Source of the DNA: Camelus ferus
Lineage: Eukaryota
Assembly (NCBI RefSeq): GCF_009834535.1
Contig: NC_045707.1
Span: forward strand, 48,362,001 to 48,426,000
Reading direction: 5' to 3'
Length of the DNA stretch: 64,000 nt
The notes beneath the pieces are model-generated. The model was not told the DNA's origin. It ran no database searches and saw nothing but the letters and a program-made list of their open reading frames with translations. Below, in pieces: positions 26,690 to 39,499 of the stretch. Made by a program: the position numbers and the translations under genes. Within the stretch, counting starts at the first letter, position 1. The number at the start of each line of letters is the position of its first letter.

Positions 26690-26960
26690 TGTGGTTACAA
26701 CCAGGAGTCTTTGCCCTACTCCAAACTGACCACCTAATCAAAAGTGCCCTTCCCCCTGCCTTTACTGTGTAGTCAATCACAGAACTAAATATTTCTTGAT
26801 ATTTTCTAGTGTATTTTTAATTTTTCTTATTTGATTATTATCTGCCTCTGCTTATTAAAATGTAGGATCCATGGGATGGGGACTTTGTTTTGCTTTGCAT
26901 TGTGCGCCTAGGGCCTAATCCAGTGTCTGTTACATAGTAGGCCATAAAACAATAAGTAAG
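26690..26960 (+). mobile_element. L2 3' fragment
   Basis: aatgtaggatccatgggatggggactttg...cctagggcctaatccagtgtctgttacatagtagg. Confidence 0.6.
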
Positions 26961-27855
26961 CATGAATGCTAATTGTGTATTGGTACTATTTTTGTTATGG
27001 TTGTTGATTTTAAATAACAATTACAGTAGAAACCCATTTATAGAGAGAGCCACATGTTTCCATTAGAAATGAGTCCTGGCTTAATCGTAGGGCCCTTGTC
27101 ACTACACCGAAAGTGGGGATACATTCCGAAGGATGCCATCATGCTCTCCCTTGGCCTACTTCCTTATGAGATTTCCACATCAATGGAATTAACTCTTCAT
27201 ATTCTCAGTTTTCTACTTATCTCACAGGGCTGTTGGAAGAATTAAAAATGAGTTTCTATATAGCACTCAACAGAAGAAGTGCTCAATGTAGTTAGCTTTT
27301 ATTATTGTTAAGAGAAGGAAAGAACTTCCATCCTGGAGTGTATCCTTGCATTTCATTCATCATCTGTACTCAAGTAACAAATTATTTGACCATGCAAGGG
27401 TCCTTAGAACTTTTTTTCATTGTCAGACACTTTGACATGCTTCTATATATCTAAATAGAGATTCCCATCGTGAGTCACAACAAAATATTCAATAATAGAG
27501 TAACACTAAATATAAAAACTAACAAAGTATTGTACTATGGCAAAACTTTACCTCTTATTAAAATGGGTGCTGAATTGGTTATTGGCAATTCATAGTCCAG
27601 TTTCTGTTAGGTTAGGCCAGATTGACAAAATTGGAACATTTCCATTTTTCTATAAATACCCTCTGACACCATATCATGCATTCTTGTAAATAGAACGGAC
27701 ATGCTCAATTGTTGGGATTATTTTGCAGTTTGTCTTTTATTTTTGCCTTTAAGACATCTACACACACAGCCACATATTCCTTTTCTGGGGCAGCATTAGC
27801 CAAGGCTTCCTCACTCTAATTCCCTGTGCTAAACATAGCAAGGTAGATATCACAG

Positions 27856-28187
27856 CAGGGTTAGACAAACGTTTTCTATAAAGGGCTACATATTAAATAT
27901 CTTGGGCTGCGTGGGCCAAGTGGTCCCTGTTGTAACTTTCTGCCTGGTCAGGAGAAAGCAGCATAGAAAGCAGAACATATGTGAACAAACGAGTAGGCTA
28001 TGTTCCAATAAAGCTTTATTTACGGATCATGAAATTTAAATTTCATACTGTGTTCACATATCATGAAACATTATTCTTCCTTCGATTTTAACACCTAAAA
28101 ATATTTTCTAAAAAATTAGCTTTCAAGTCAAGCCAAAATAAGTGGCAAGCCAGATTTGACTCACAGGTCCTAGTTAGCTGATCCCTG
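27856..28187. mobile_element. hAT-Charlie DNA transposon MER58 (B-like, ~330 bp), apparently inside a MIR
   Basis: Terminal inverted repeats cagggttagacaaac...gttagctgatccctg; internal ttctataaagggc and ccaataaagctttatttac. Confidence 0.85.
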
Positions 28188-30249
28188 TAATACACAGACT
28201 AGGAAACTGGGCTCAGACAGGTCACAAAACTTTCCCCAAGTGACACTACCAGTGAGTAGGGGAGTCCAGACTCAAAAGTGAGGGTCTCTGTTTCTTAACT
28301 CATGTGGTGTTTTGTGTCTTGGACAGTGACCTTAACTCTTACCTTAAATTTTAAAACTCTGGTTTAAATAAACTAGAAATTCAGATCAGTTTTGTTTACC
28401 CTGGAAACCTGATCACTGCTTACAACATTATATATATATGGCAAATATATTTCTATTTCTAAATCACATCATTATTTTGGAATTTTTTTCCTGTCCTGGG
28501 ACTACCTATAGTATATAGTATACACTTACATATGAAGATAATTGTTCCTTTCTTCTACAAACATTTAAACAATAGTATTATCATTTAATCTATGATGACT
28601 AATTTGCACGAATGTGTAAACAGATGCATTTTTCAGTTAAAATTCAGTTTCCCTTGTGATCTCTCCACAGTGCCAAAAATTGCAGCACCCCCACCCTCTG
28701 TCTCCCCACCTCCCGCCCGGCTGGAGACAGAAAGAGGTTGGCTCGCCAGCCAAATAGGAGACCAGATTTCTCCTGGGTGATTTGGGATGATCATAATATT
28801 TGCACAAAGCTCTGCTCTGCCTCATGTTAGTATAACTATAACTATACAGTTGACTGAGCATCTGGGACAGTGCAGGATACAGAAAGATTTTCCCAGCCCT
28901 GGAAAAAAAAAAAAAACAAGGAATGTGTCTGTATGAATGCTTATGTTTATGCCTCCTCTCCCCCATGTTTTCACCCCTCGAATCTTTCCTCTCTGAGGGA
29001 GATCTGGATCCAGTCTGTTTGTTGAGAGTCTACTCATTATCTTGAACTCTAAAACTCTAACCTTTTATATTTTAATTCAAAAGGGAGCATTGTTCCAAAT
29101 CATCCATTATTTTCAACAAGGGCAAAATAATACAGGCTGTCAAGGGCCCCCAAATAAAGGTAATTTATTGCTCAGAAATGCCAGGCTGAATGTGTTCTTC
29201 GGGAAAGCATTCTTCAAAACCAAGTATCAGGCACCACTGTGTAGGAATCAGACTGTAAATGATTAAAAACACGATGGATCACTGGTCAGTCATTTGGTCT
29301 GTCTAGAATCATTACTCTTGGAAGAGAAGTTAAGAAGCTAGGAAAGGAAACCCTTTGAGGTCTGTTCCCTATAAAGAAAGAGGATTAGAAAGAAAGCCAT
29401 TTCTCCTCCCCCAACATCATAGACAGTGTATGTGTACACACACAGACACAGACAAACACACACACAGCCAGAGATTGCTCAAATAGCCCAGGGCTAAAGG
29501 TTAAGAATTATAAGGAAAGATTTTAAAATGCAAGTTTGGGCAATGATTTAAAACAGACAGGGATGAAGATAAAGTAAAGGGTATTATTTAATCCCATAAA
29601 TGTGCCAGCCTCTGGTGTACTTCAAGTGTAGGTAAAAGGCATTTGTTTGTTCACTGTTGTGGCTAAGAGCCTAGGAAAATAAATTTATTCAGGCACGCCA
29701 GACTGTCTGCAAAGACTTTCATTTCGCCTTTTATGGGAATTTTGAACAAAGAAGACTATCTTTGCTTCTGTCAGGAAAGCAGTTTCAATCAGACTGCTGA
29801 ATGAAAAACACAGCTGCCAAAAATGATCCATGGCAGGGTGAATGGAAGATGCCCAACTGCCCATTATTCTATTAAGATGTGTCATTAATGATGGCCTGGG
29901 CTAATAGAGCAGGGCGATGCAACATGCTAAATTGCTTCTCAATTTTAAAATATCAATTCCACGAAGAATTACATAGGATAAAATGCAGACCCTCAGCATC
30001 ACAAAACAGAGGCTGTGTAGGGAGACAAAGGTTTGGTTTTGCAGCCACCAAAGATAGCTTCATGCAATTTATGTATTTGGTTAGCCTGTGGTTATGTCTG
30101 TTTCCTGAGAACTGTGTTTGATAAGTGATTGTTCTGTGACATTCACATCTTTTAACTGAATTTAGGAAGGCTAACATTTCACTCGAAGGAAGCAACATAT
30201 ATGACACTTTTAATTTTCTAAAATAGTTCTGAAATTTAGGAAGCTCCAG

Positions 30250-30390
30250 GAAGATGAAACAGCATCTGCTTTACCCCCTCGTTTTACAAATGAAAACACT
30301 TAGGATGGAAGCATTTGAAATTCTCTCAAACCACATGCCTGGAAGTGGCAAAGCAGAAGCCAGAATCTTTAACTCCAAATCTGTACTCTT
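30250..30390 (-). mobile_element. MIR fragment
   Basis: gttttacaaatgaaaacacttagg...gtggcaaagcagaagccagaatctttaactcc. Confidence 0.55.
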
Positions 30391-30694
30391 TCTGCTCAAA
30401 TTCTCTGTGGAGAAATACCAAGTTTGTGGCTCTTGAATAATGTCTCCAGAAAGGGAAACTGGATAGTTTGATGATTGTAAATAACAAAGGAACAAAACAA
30501 CAGCAACCAAAAGATCACCAGCAGAGAGAAGCATACCCTTATTGGTAATCCTTCCTGCTACCAGTAAGTCCTATCAAAGCTGTTCTTGGTGTATTCAAAT
30601 CTCATTGACCCTAACCTCCTCCTTCTAGTTTGCCATGCCTCCTTCTGTTACATGGCATGTTGCTGTATCACTTCATTTTATATATGTACACGTT

Positions 30695-31935
30695 TTATTT
30701 TAAGTGATTTTAGCTTTATGTAAGAGTTATAAAGTTAGTAAAGAGAATTTCCCTTAATCTTTTTACCCAGCTTCCCCTAATATTGACATCTTACATAATT
30801 ACAATGCTGTTGTGAAAACTAAGAGGCCCACATTGATGCACTGAATATAGTTAACTAAACCATAGACTTTATTCCTATGTCCCTAGTGTTTCCATGAATG
30901 TTCTTTTTTTGTTCTAGAACCCAACCCAGGATACCAAATTGCATTTAGCCACTGTCTCCTTAGTTTCCTCTGATCTGTGACTATCTCTCAGTCTTTCACG
31001 GCCTTGACACTTTTAAAGAACACTGGTCAGGTATTTTGTAGAATGTGGCTCAATTTGGGTCTGTTTGATGTTTTCTCACTATTAGATTGAGGTAATGGAT
31101 ATGGCGAAACAGTACCACAGAGGTAATGCACCCTTTTCATGATATCAGTATGCCTTATTATTACTGGTGATGTTAACTGTAATTTCTTGGTTAAGGTGCT
31201 TTCTAGAAGGTTTTTCTACTGTAAAGTTTTTTTTTTTTAATCCCTTTTCAAATTATATTCTTAAAAGTGAGTTACTCAGTCTGGCTCTACTTAAATGGGA
31301 GGGAAATTAAGCTCTACCCGCTGGAGGGAAGAGTTTCAAAGATTTTGTGAATGTAAGTTAATATCACAGTAATTACTAAACATTTGGAGTGAATACTATG
31401 AGGCTATACAAATACCCTGTTTCTCTTCAAAGGTTTATCCTTTAGCAGTCATCAGTGGATCTTGCTGTTTAATAATAGCAATTTCCTATTCCTCTCATTC
31501 TTTTCATATTTGTTAATTGGAATTATTCTGTTAGGAAGATCTCTCCTTTCTTTGCCATTTAGTTACTAATTCATCATATATTTATATCAACATGGGCTCA
31601 TGGATATTTATTTTATGTTTTGGATTATAATCTTACAATACCATTATTTACTTTTTTTCCAGCTTTGGCTACTGGAAGCTCTTTTGGGTGAAGCCAATGT
31701 CCTTTTGGCATGATCTCCCCACCCCTACCTGGCTCTTTCTTCACACTTTCTTACTTTTTGGTATCACAAAATATTCCAGGCTTATCCTGAACTTTCCCTG
31801 TCCCAGCCCTAGAATTACTTTTTTTCCTCCAAGGAGCCCTGGTTTATTTTATTGGAGAATGATATTTAGAAATCAAGACTTGAGCACTAGTTGTGCTTAT
31901 TGGTTCTGAGATGTCACTGCTTGTAGGCCCTCCCT
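30695..31935 (-). mobile_element. Ancient L1 3' region (L1MC4/L1MD-like)
   Basis: cagcttcccctaatattgacatcttacataa, ggtcaggtattttgtagaatg, aaggagccctggtttattttattggagaatg. Confidence 0.8.
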
Positions 31936-31944
31936 GCAGACAGA

Positions 31945-32455
31945 GCCAAACCCCCAACTCCACGGAACAGAAGCTCCTACATTTGGGACCTTGCTAGATC
32001 TCGCTGTAAGTATCAACTCATTTGGTTCATCTGTATTCTTTATCACATCATTTAATAAACTGGTAAACAAAAGTGTTTCCTGGGTTCTGTGAGCCACTCT
32101 AGGAAATCAATCAAATCTGAGGAGAGGGTCATGGGAACCTCCAATGTGTAGCCAGTTGGTCAGAAGCACAGGTAAACTTGGGCCTGTGAGGTGTATATGG
32201 GGGGGGGGGGTCAGTCTTGTAGGATCGAACACTTAACTTGTGGGATCTGACATAATCTCCAAGTAGATAGTATCAGAATTGAGTTAAATTTTAGGATGCC
32301 CAACTGATACCACAGAGAATTGCTTGTTGCAGGGAAAAACCTCCACATGTTTGGTAACCAGAAGTGTTGGAAGTTAAGGGTTCTGTGTGAGTGGCAAAAG
32401 AGACTCACAGGGAAGAAAGTCATAGTAAGAAAGAACTGGGTTTTCTCCATACTCA
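31945..32455 (+). mobile_element. MER21-type LTR, partial
   Basis: aataaactggtaaacaaaagtgtttcctgggttctgtgagccactctagg...gtagatagtatcagaattgagttaaatt. Confidence 0.8.
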
Positions 32456-34399
32456 GGAAGGCGGAAAACTGAGTTTTTCTGTTTTAGGGTAGAAGATCGT
32501 AAGTTCAATTCTGGATATGTTAGGTTGTCTATATGTTTTGAATGTTTAAATAAGATTTACCTGATGTAAGATGAAATGAGGCTGGAGAAAATCTGAGGCT
32601 CTAGAAACCTGAGACATCTTCTAAGACTGAGCAGAGCACAGAGTATCAGAGCCTTGATCTAGTCTCAGGGAGGCAAAGGTATGACATGGGAAGGCTGGGA
32701 TTCCCGGAAAAATAGCAATGTCAAGATAAGGGAATATTTCCAAAATACTCACTAGCACTTGAAAAATCCACATCAGATTCTCTAACTCTAAATTTATTTA
32801 TATCTTAAAAATGTAATTTTATCTTCCCCCATTACTGCAATTTCAAAGAATACTTCTTTTATTTCTCTTGACAGCAAAATTTGGTAATTTCACATTCATC
32901 CTAAACCTACTTTGTTTTGATAAGCATTGTCTTTTCAGACTATAAAGGTATACGTTTTATAATCTTTTTTCCCATGATCAGCCTCACTGAAAGAATTTCT
33001 AAAATAAATTTCTTTTCTCAGAAGGTCAGATAAATAGCTATTTAAAGGCTCAAGTACAAAGCAAGATAGACCCTCGTGTACACACTGACAATGATTTGAA
33101 AAAAGGAGAAAGTCTTAACAGGGAGAAGGAATGAGTTTTTCAGAGACTGCTTCTTGAAGGTGAAGAACGTCCAACTTTGCTTTCAAAGAAGTGACAGCTA
33201 ACAAAGAAAGGTCCAGGAACAGAATAGGGCCCATTTATAAGATTGCTTTGCCTGAGTGCATGAGAAAAGTTCATATGTGTGTTTTTTGAAGGCAATTATA
33301 GTCTTTCTCTTTCATTTTCTTTTGTTTTCTATTTCCAAAAAGCACAGTATTTCAAAGAGGCTCAGTCTGCTTAACTCTCATGTGGTTTAAAAATCTAACC
33401 TAGACATATGTTGTTAATAGTGTTGTATGTCAGGAGCCTGGAGGGTAGAAACAATTTTAAACTTAACTTTTTAATTTTGGCTTCCTGACAATGCCTTTTT
33501 TTCTCAGCCTGAAGAATTTTGCAACACCATAAGTTATGAATCTTTCCAGATTTAAACCAATAACTCAGGTGACATGAAGCAAATGATTGATTACAAACAA
33601 GACGATGGGAAACAGGAAAGTATCCCCATTCAGTGACACAAATTCTTATCTTCATCATAATATTGAAAAGGCTGGTTATATATGAGATAATAAAGTAAAT
33701 AAATAATTTAAAAACAGTACCAAAAATAAAATGCAGTAAGTCTATTACAGTAATAATATCTTTCCTCCCCCTACAAAAAAACAGAATCTAAGTTTTTGAG
33801 GACAGGCAACATGTCATCCCCAACAGAGAGGTAGATTCATGAGGATGGTAGCCTAGTAAACACATTTAAATCATTATGACTCACTTTTTTTTTTTCAATT
33901 TTAAAAATTATTTTTTAATATAATTTTGCAGTGTGAAAAAAGATCAACTATATTTCTCTCATTTGGGAGTATTTTCAGATGACTGTTAAAAGGATTTTTT
34001 TTTTCTTTTCTATTCAACTGCTGGAGAGTAACTAGAAACAAATCTGTTGCTTGGAATAAATGTTCAGTCCATATGTTATCTTTCATAGTAACTGATGGAA
34101 GTGTGATGTCCCCCTCAGCAAATTCTGCTTGAGGTCTTGCTGTCCCCTCCCCCGCCCCACCATATGTAACACATGCTGAGAGTGGGGAGAATAGTTCCTT
34201 CATCATTTGATTTTGTTGCTTGCATTTTTCCTTGAGTAACACAAATTTTTTAAAGAGAATCAGTGTTACTAATATGAAGAATGGACAAATAAACCAAGCT
34301 ATTCTGAAAGGCACTTTTGAGAACTGATGGGCAATGGAAAAAAAAGAAAAAAAGAAAAATGAACATTAAGCATATGCTCCAAATCTCTGCACAGGGGGA

Positions 34400-34625
34400 G
34401 ACATAAGAATCATCTAGGACTTCAGAAACAGAGAGATCTGGGTTTGTTCCCAGCACCTCCATCTATCTAGCAGATCTGGGCAAGTTTCTTAATCTGAATC
34501 TAAATTTTCCCATCTGGAGGATGGTGGTATGTAATACCTACCTTACAGTGTTGATGGAAGAATTTAAAGAGATAATCCAAGAAAAGTGACTGGAACATCA
34601 CAGATGTTTAATAAATATTGGTTTC
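34400..34625 (+). mobile_element. MIR
   Basis: gatctgggtttgttcccagcacc...gggcaagtttcttaatc...aatacctaccttacag. Confidence 0.7.
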
Positions 34626-35789
34626 CTTCTTCTGTTCCCTCCACCTCACTGCCATTCTTGTTAAGAAAAATGAAACATTTTGTTTGTGTTTCAATGATTT
34701 GTAGGCATTCAGCCAAGATCATGAGTGTGATCAATACAGGTTTTATGGCAAAAGATTTACTAGAATTTTTTCTTTCATACTAGAAAGTCAATCTAAGTTG
34801 ACTTCTCTTGGCAAAACTTTTGGTGTAGCTGGAAGAATTGGGAGTTTGAATACAGACTGATACTTTGGGAGAATTTAACCCCAGGCTAAATGCTTCATGC
34901 TGGAAAAATAGTCTTTGATGTTTGAATGAGTCTGAGTGTTGCTAAGAGCCAAATGTGTTGGGTTGGACCCCTTATGAATTGAAACATCAAAAAAAGATTT
35001 GCATTAATTCCCTGCAAACCAAATATATAGAGTTTCATGCAGCCCTAATTGAAATGTAATAACTGTTTACAGATTTGACTGCACTATCACTATGGAGTAA
35101 TTGCTTTTCCACACAAAGCAAGTGGTAGAGGAAGTAAATGTGCCTAGAAGGGTTTGGAAGTTCGATAAAATGTTTCTAAAAATACTGTTTTGAATGGTGT
35201 CTTTCCTGTCTCAAAGTTGAGTCAGAGCTTGACTCCTAGAGAGTCAAGGTACTGCTGGCTGTGGGTGTCAGAAGAGACTTTATTACTCCGGCTTGGGTTC
35301 ATTAAAACATGAAACTGCACTATCGTAAAAAGCTGCATTCAAAAAGTTATTTATTGTTGTTTTTTCATATGTTCTGCATAGTACTGGGCTCAACAAATCA
35401 GAGACATCCTGGCTTTTTATGACATTAAGTATGTTGGCATCTCTACAGAGGGCAGAAAGAAAGAATGCAAGGAAAAATGGCAAACTTGAAGGTTCCTAAT
35501 GAATCCCACTGCAATTCGTTCATTGTGAAAATGCTCAAGAATCATTTATAATGGAATAACGACCAGCCTGGCTCAGTGCAACTGAAAATATAGTTAAAAA
35601 AAAAAAAAAAAAAAAAAGAAGAACAAAACAGTATTTGGGAAATGATTTACTCAAAACAATAAGTAAAAAAAGTGGTTTTCTCCATCCCTGATCCCAAAGG
35701 CTTTAGAATATCTTTATAAATGGCAAAATAATCAGAGAAAAGGGGAGAGTTCTGCCTTTTGAGAATGTTAGAAAAATAATACTCCACTA

Positions 35790-36490
35790 GAGAAGGAATC
35801 TAGCTTTTTTGAGAGCTTCTATAACAATCTCATGAGGCCTGTATTATTTTCCCCATTTTAAAGATAAGGAATATAAGGCTCTGGGAAATTAATTATTTTC
35901 CACATAGAGAAAAAGTTCCAAAACACAAACTCAAATCCAATTCATGCTTTTTCCAAAACCAGTGCTTTTTCCAGAATAACAAGTAGCCAATTTCAAAATT
36001 TAAAAAAAATCCATCATAGTTAAATCTAGTATTAAGATCTGATGTGACGTTTGATTATTTTCATGCAATTATATGATTATATGCTACTACTCAGAAAGTT
36101 AAAAAATGAAAGAATTGATTGAAATACAGTTGCTAGACCTCAGGTTCTTACTCTAAAAGATGGGAGATATAATATAAATTTTCTCAGAGGTAATGTGAAG
36201 GATAAATTAAAAACAATAGCTACAGGGCAGTTCAGAAATATTAGCGCCTTTTATGATGAAAACTTTGTGGTAACTGAAACCATCTTGTCCCATCACCTAA
36301 TTGTGAGCAGACCTGAGCTGGAATGCCAGTACCCACTTGTGCAATAATGGGCAAGAGCACTGACTTTTCTAAAACCTCAGTTTCTACGTTGGTAAATTGG
36401 AATCATAACAGTGCATATCTCACATAATGAGAAAATGCATGCAAAGGGTGTAGTGTTAACAGTTAGCACACAGTAAGGTTCTATTAATTA
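35790..36490. mobile_element. Cluster of MIR fragments in both orientations
   Basis: tattattttccccattttaaagataagg (minus) and ctaaaacctcagtttctacgttggtaaattgg (plus). Confidence 0.55.
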
Positions 36491-36912
36491 ATTTTTTTTA
36501 TTTATACATCAACCACAGGAATACTGACACCTAACAACTCAGAGTACAATTACGCTTTTCCCAAATTTAAAAAATCTGCTAAATTTTTTAGTTCTTTGCT
36601 GACACATCCCACATCAATACTTTAAGAACTTCTTTTCTGCAAGGTGTAAATATAGGCAAGGTACTTTTCCAATGACCTTAAGAGATTAGAGGGTTACAAT
36701 ATACTCTGTGTGGGATGGTAACCTTTCTAGAATGATGACATTTTTCACAAAAAGTAAAAAAGAAAACTTACTGAAGAATTTACATGTTAATTTTCTTTAT
36801 CATCATATTTAAGGTTTTTAGATTGCCTCACTTAACATGAATTAAAAATGCTGTATGTGTTCAAATTTTACCTGCCAACACATCTAATAAATAGAAAATA
36901 CTAGGGCAGCTG

Positions 36913-37391
36913 TGTTGTAATTAGTAAAGTAATGCCCATCCCCTAAGATGTCCATGTCCTAATCCCCCAAAACTGTCAATTTGTTACCTTACATGTCACT
37001 TTACTGATGTGATTAAGTTAAGGATCTTGAGATGGAAAGATTATCCTGGATTATCTGGGTGGGTGTAACATAATCACAAGAATTGTTCTAAGAGTGAAGT
37101 AGAAGGATCAGAATCAGAAAGATGTGATTAGGGCAGCAGAGTCAGAAGGGTGACATTGCTGGAAAGAACCTTGAGTCAAAAAATGGAGGTAGTTTCTAGA
37201 AACTGGAAAAGACAAGGAACAGAGAACTTCTCCAGAGTCTCCACAATTAACACAGACCTCCCAACACCTTGCTTTTAGTCCTGTATGATCCATTTTTGGA
37301 CTTCTGAACTCCAGAAATGTAAGATAATAAACTTGTTTGAATTCACTACGTTTCTGATAACTTGTTATAGCAGCAACAGGAAACTAAAACA
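36913..37391 (+). mobile_element. Solo MaLR LTR (MLT1D-like)
   Basis: aagatgtccatgtcctaatcccc...gattaagttaaggatcttgagatgg...ttgttatagcagcaacaggaaactaaaaca. Confidence 0.9.
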
Positions 37392-37482
37392 GGTATCTTT
37401 TTCATACTTAGCACATATTAGATTAGAGAACTGGAAAGTTATTATCAAGAAGAAAAGTTTTGTCAAAAATATATTTTGTATT

Positions 37483-37700
37483 GGGAGTTTGAGATTTATA
37501 GATACTAACTACTGTATATAAAATAGATAAACAACAAGTTCATACCGTAAGAGTACAGGGAACTATACTAAATATCTTGTAGTAAACTATAATGAAAAAG
37601 GCTATAAAAGCAAATCTATGTAGGTATATGTATGACTGAAACACAATGCTGTACACCAGAAATTGACACAACATTGTAGACTGACTATTCTTCAATAAAA
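37483..37700 (+). mobile_element. Lineage-specific (cetartiodactyl/camelid-like) L1 3' UTR fragment
   Basis: gggagtttgagatttatagatactaactactgtatataaaatagataaacaacaag...gctgtacaccagaaattgacacaacattgt...ttcaataaaa. Confidence 0.85.
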
Positions 37701-38745
37701 TGTTTTTTCAAATTTCTCTCTCTGTATATGTATATACATGTACTTGTAAAGAGGTATATGCCGTAATAAATTGCTTTGCATGTTATTTCACTTTAAAGAA
37801 CTGTGTATGAAATGGAGGATAAAATTATGTTAGAAAAAATGAAATGGGAATGTAGATGATAGCATTAGTCAAACTTTAAATAAAAAATTTCTCTTTTTAT
37901 CTTTATAAAAACGGTTATTGTAGGTTGTTCAAGAACCTTGACCACAATCTAAATATACTTGAGCAGCTGAATGCATATATTTTTAAAGGAAAGCCTTTTC
38001 CTATACAATTTTCTACAGATTTGGAGTTCAGCTACCGTATGATACATTTGTTTGTCAGCCTTTATTCAAACATAAGTTTTCAGTGCATGAAAGAATTAGA
38101 GGATTGTCTTTATTTTTATTCTTCAGGTGGGTCTCTTAAAAATGTCCATGGAGAATTTAAAATTTGATTTTTCTAAAGAAGTGATTTAAAAACAAGTAAA
38201 TGGATTAGTTTTATACTTTCTTTTCTTATTGTAATTATGGTTATAATAAACTTTAATGGGCTTAACAAAATGGATCAGGAAATCAAATTGGTTTCATAGG
38301 TTGGATGAAATGAAACCTAGGAATAAAATTTTTTCCTGTTGTTATTGGTGGAATGTGCCAGGTCTGTACATTTGACTCCATTGTTCTTGCTACTTTGTCA
38401 ATTGACCTCATGCTAGTCATTGAAGTTGTTGTTCCTCTATTGTTTCCTCATTTAACCATAAGGGGGATATCAAATTGCTTATAAAAATAGCTGTACAGGA
38501 CAATGCTAAAATATTCCACACATGTAAGCTGCCACATAGACTATATAACATGCCCCCAAGAAGCTACTGGAATTAACAGTGAGCTGTCCCTATGTATCCT
38601 CAAACCATGTGTTCTTATTGGTCCATTGAAGAAGACTGATGAATGGCCACAGCAGGGTTTTCACATTTTTAAATTATAAAACAAATTCTTCGAAATGGTA
38701 AATCCTAAAACCAACTCCAACTCTGATTTGCTTATTTATTTTCAG

Positions 38746-38768
38746 ATATATATTGCGGGATAATCCAG
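38746..38768 (+). other. Candidate 23-nt microexon ATATATATTGCGGGATAATCCAG
   Basis: Acceptor ctctgatttgcttatttattttcag| and consensus donor CAG|GTAAGT; retains a CpG; open as xYILRDNP or xIYCGIIQ. Confidence 0.45.
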
Positions 38769-39499
38769 GTAAGTATGCTTCACAGTCAGAAAATTCAGAG
38801 TCACAGAATGTTAAAATTGGAATACATCTTAGATATTATTTAGTCCAAGCTTCTAAATTTATAACCTGAGACAGAAGCCTAGATGTTCTGAGTCATCCAG
38901 TTAGGTAGGAGCAGGACTGAAATTAAAATTCAGTTTTAAGAAGTTATGAAGTACACCTTTCACAAACCTCACTACTTGTCTTTATGAGATTTTTCCAGCA
39001 AATGTTTTGCCCAAAACATTACCACTCATCCCACTAGTATAAGAGTCAATTTTTGTAGAGTTGTGGAAGTTGTTTGTTGCCTATAAGTTCTTTATTGAAT
39101 GGCAAACACCGCTAGTATGGAATGCTATTATTAACCGCCATTCAGCTCATGTTTGAGCCACCAAATAGCACCTACTTGGGGGTGTACTACCAGATAGTTA
39201 GGCTGGGGCTGGACAGTAACCAAGAAGATGGTTATGTTGAGGGAAAAGGCTGGAGAGTGAGGAAGGTAAGAGAGACCAGCTATGACCTAAAGGATAACCC
39301 CGTTGTTATCCTTTCTTCAAACAACACCAACAACTTCCTCTAACTTTTGCTATTAAATGATGAGGAATTTGAGGTCAAGAATCAAGCCTTATTTACTTTT
39401 TCCTTAAATTTCCTTCTTTATATTCTATATATCAAACTTTTAATAAATCCTATTTGTTAAAAGAATGAATCATTACAGCTCCCCTCTACAAAGTGCAAC

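Noticed and set aside
33901..34314. 137-aa minus ORF with hydrophobic N-terminus
   Set aside because: Non-ATG start, crosses homopolymer runs, no recognisable family.
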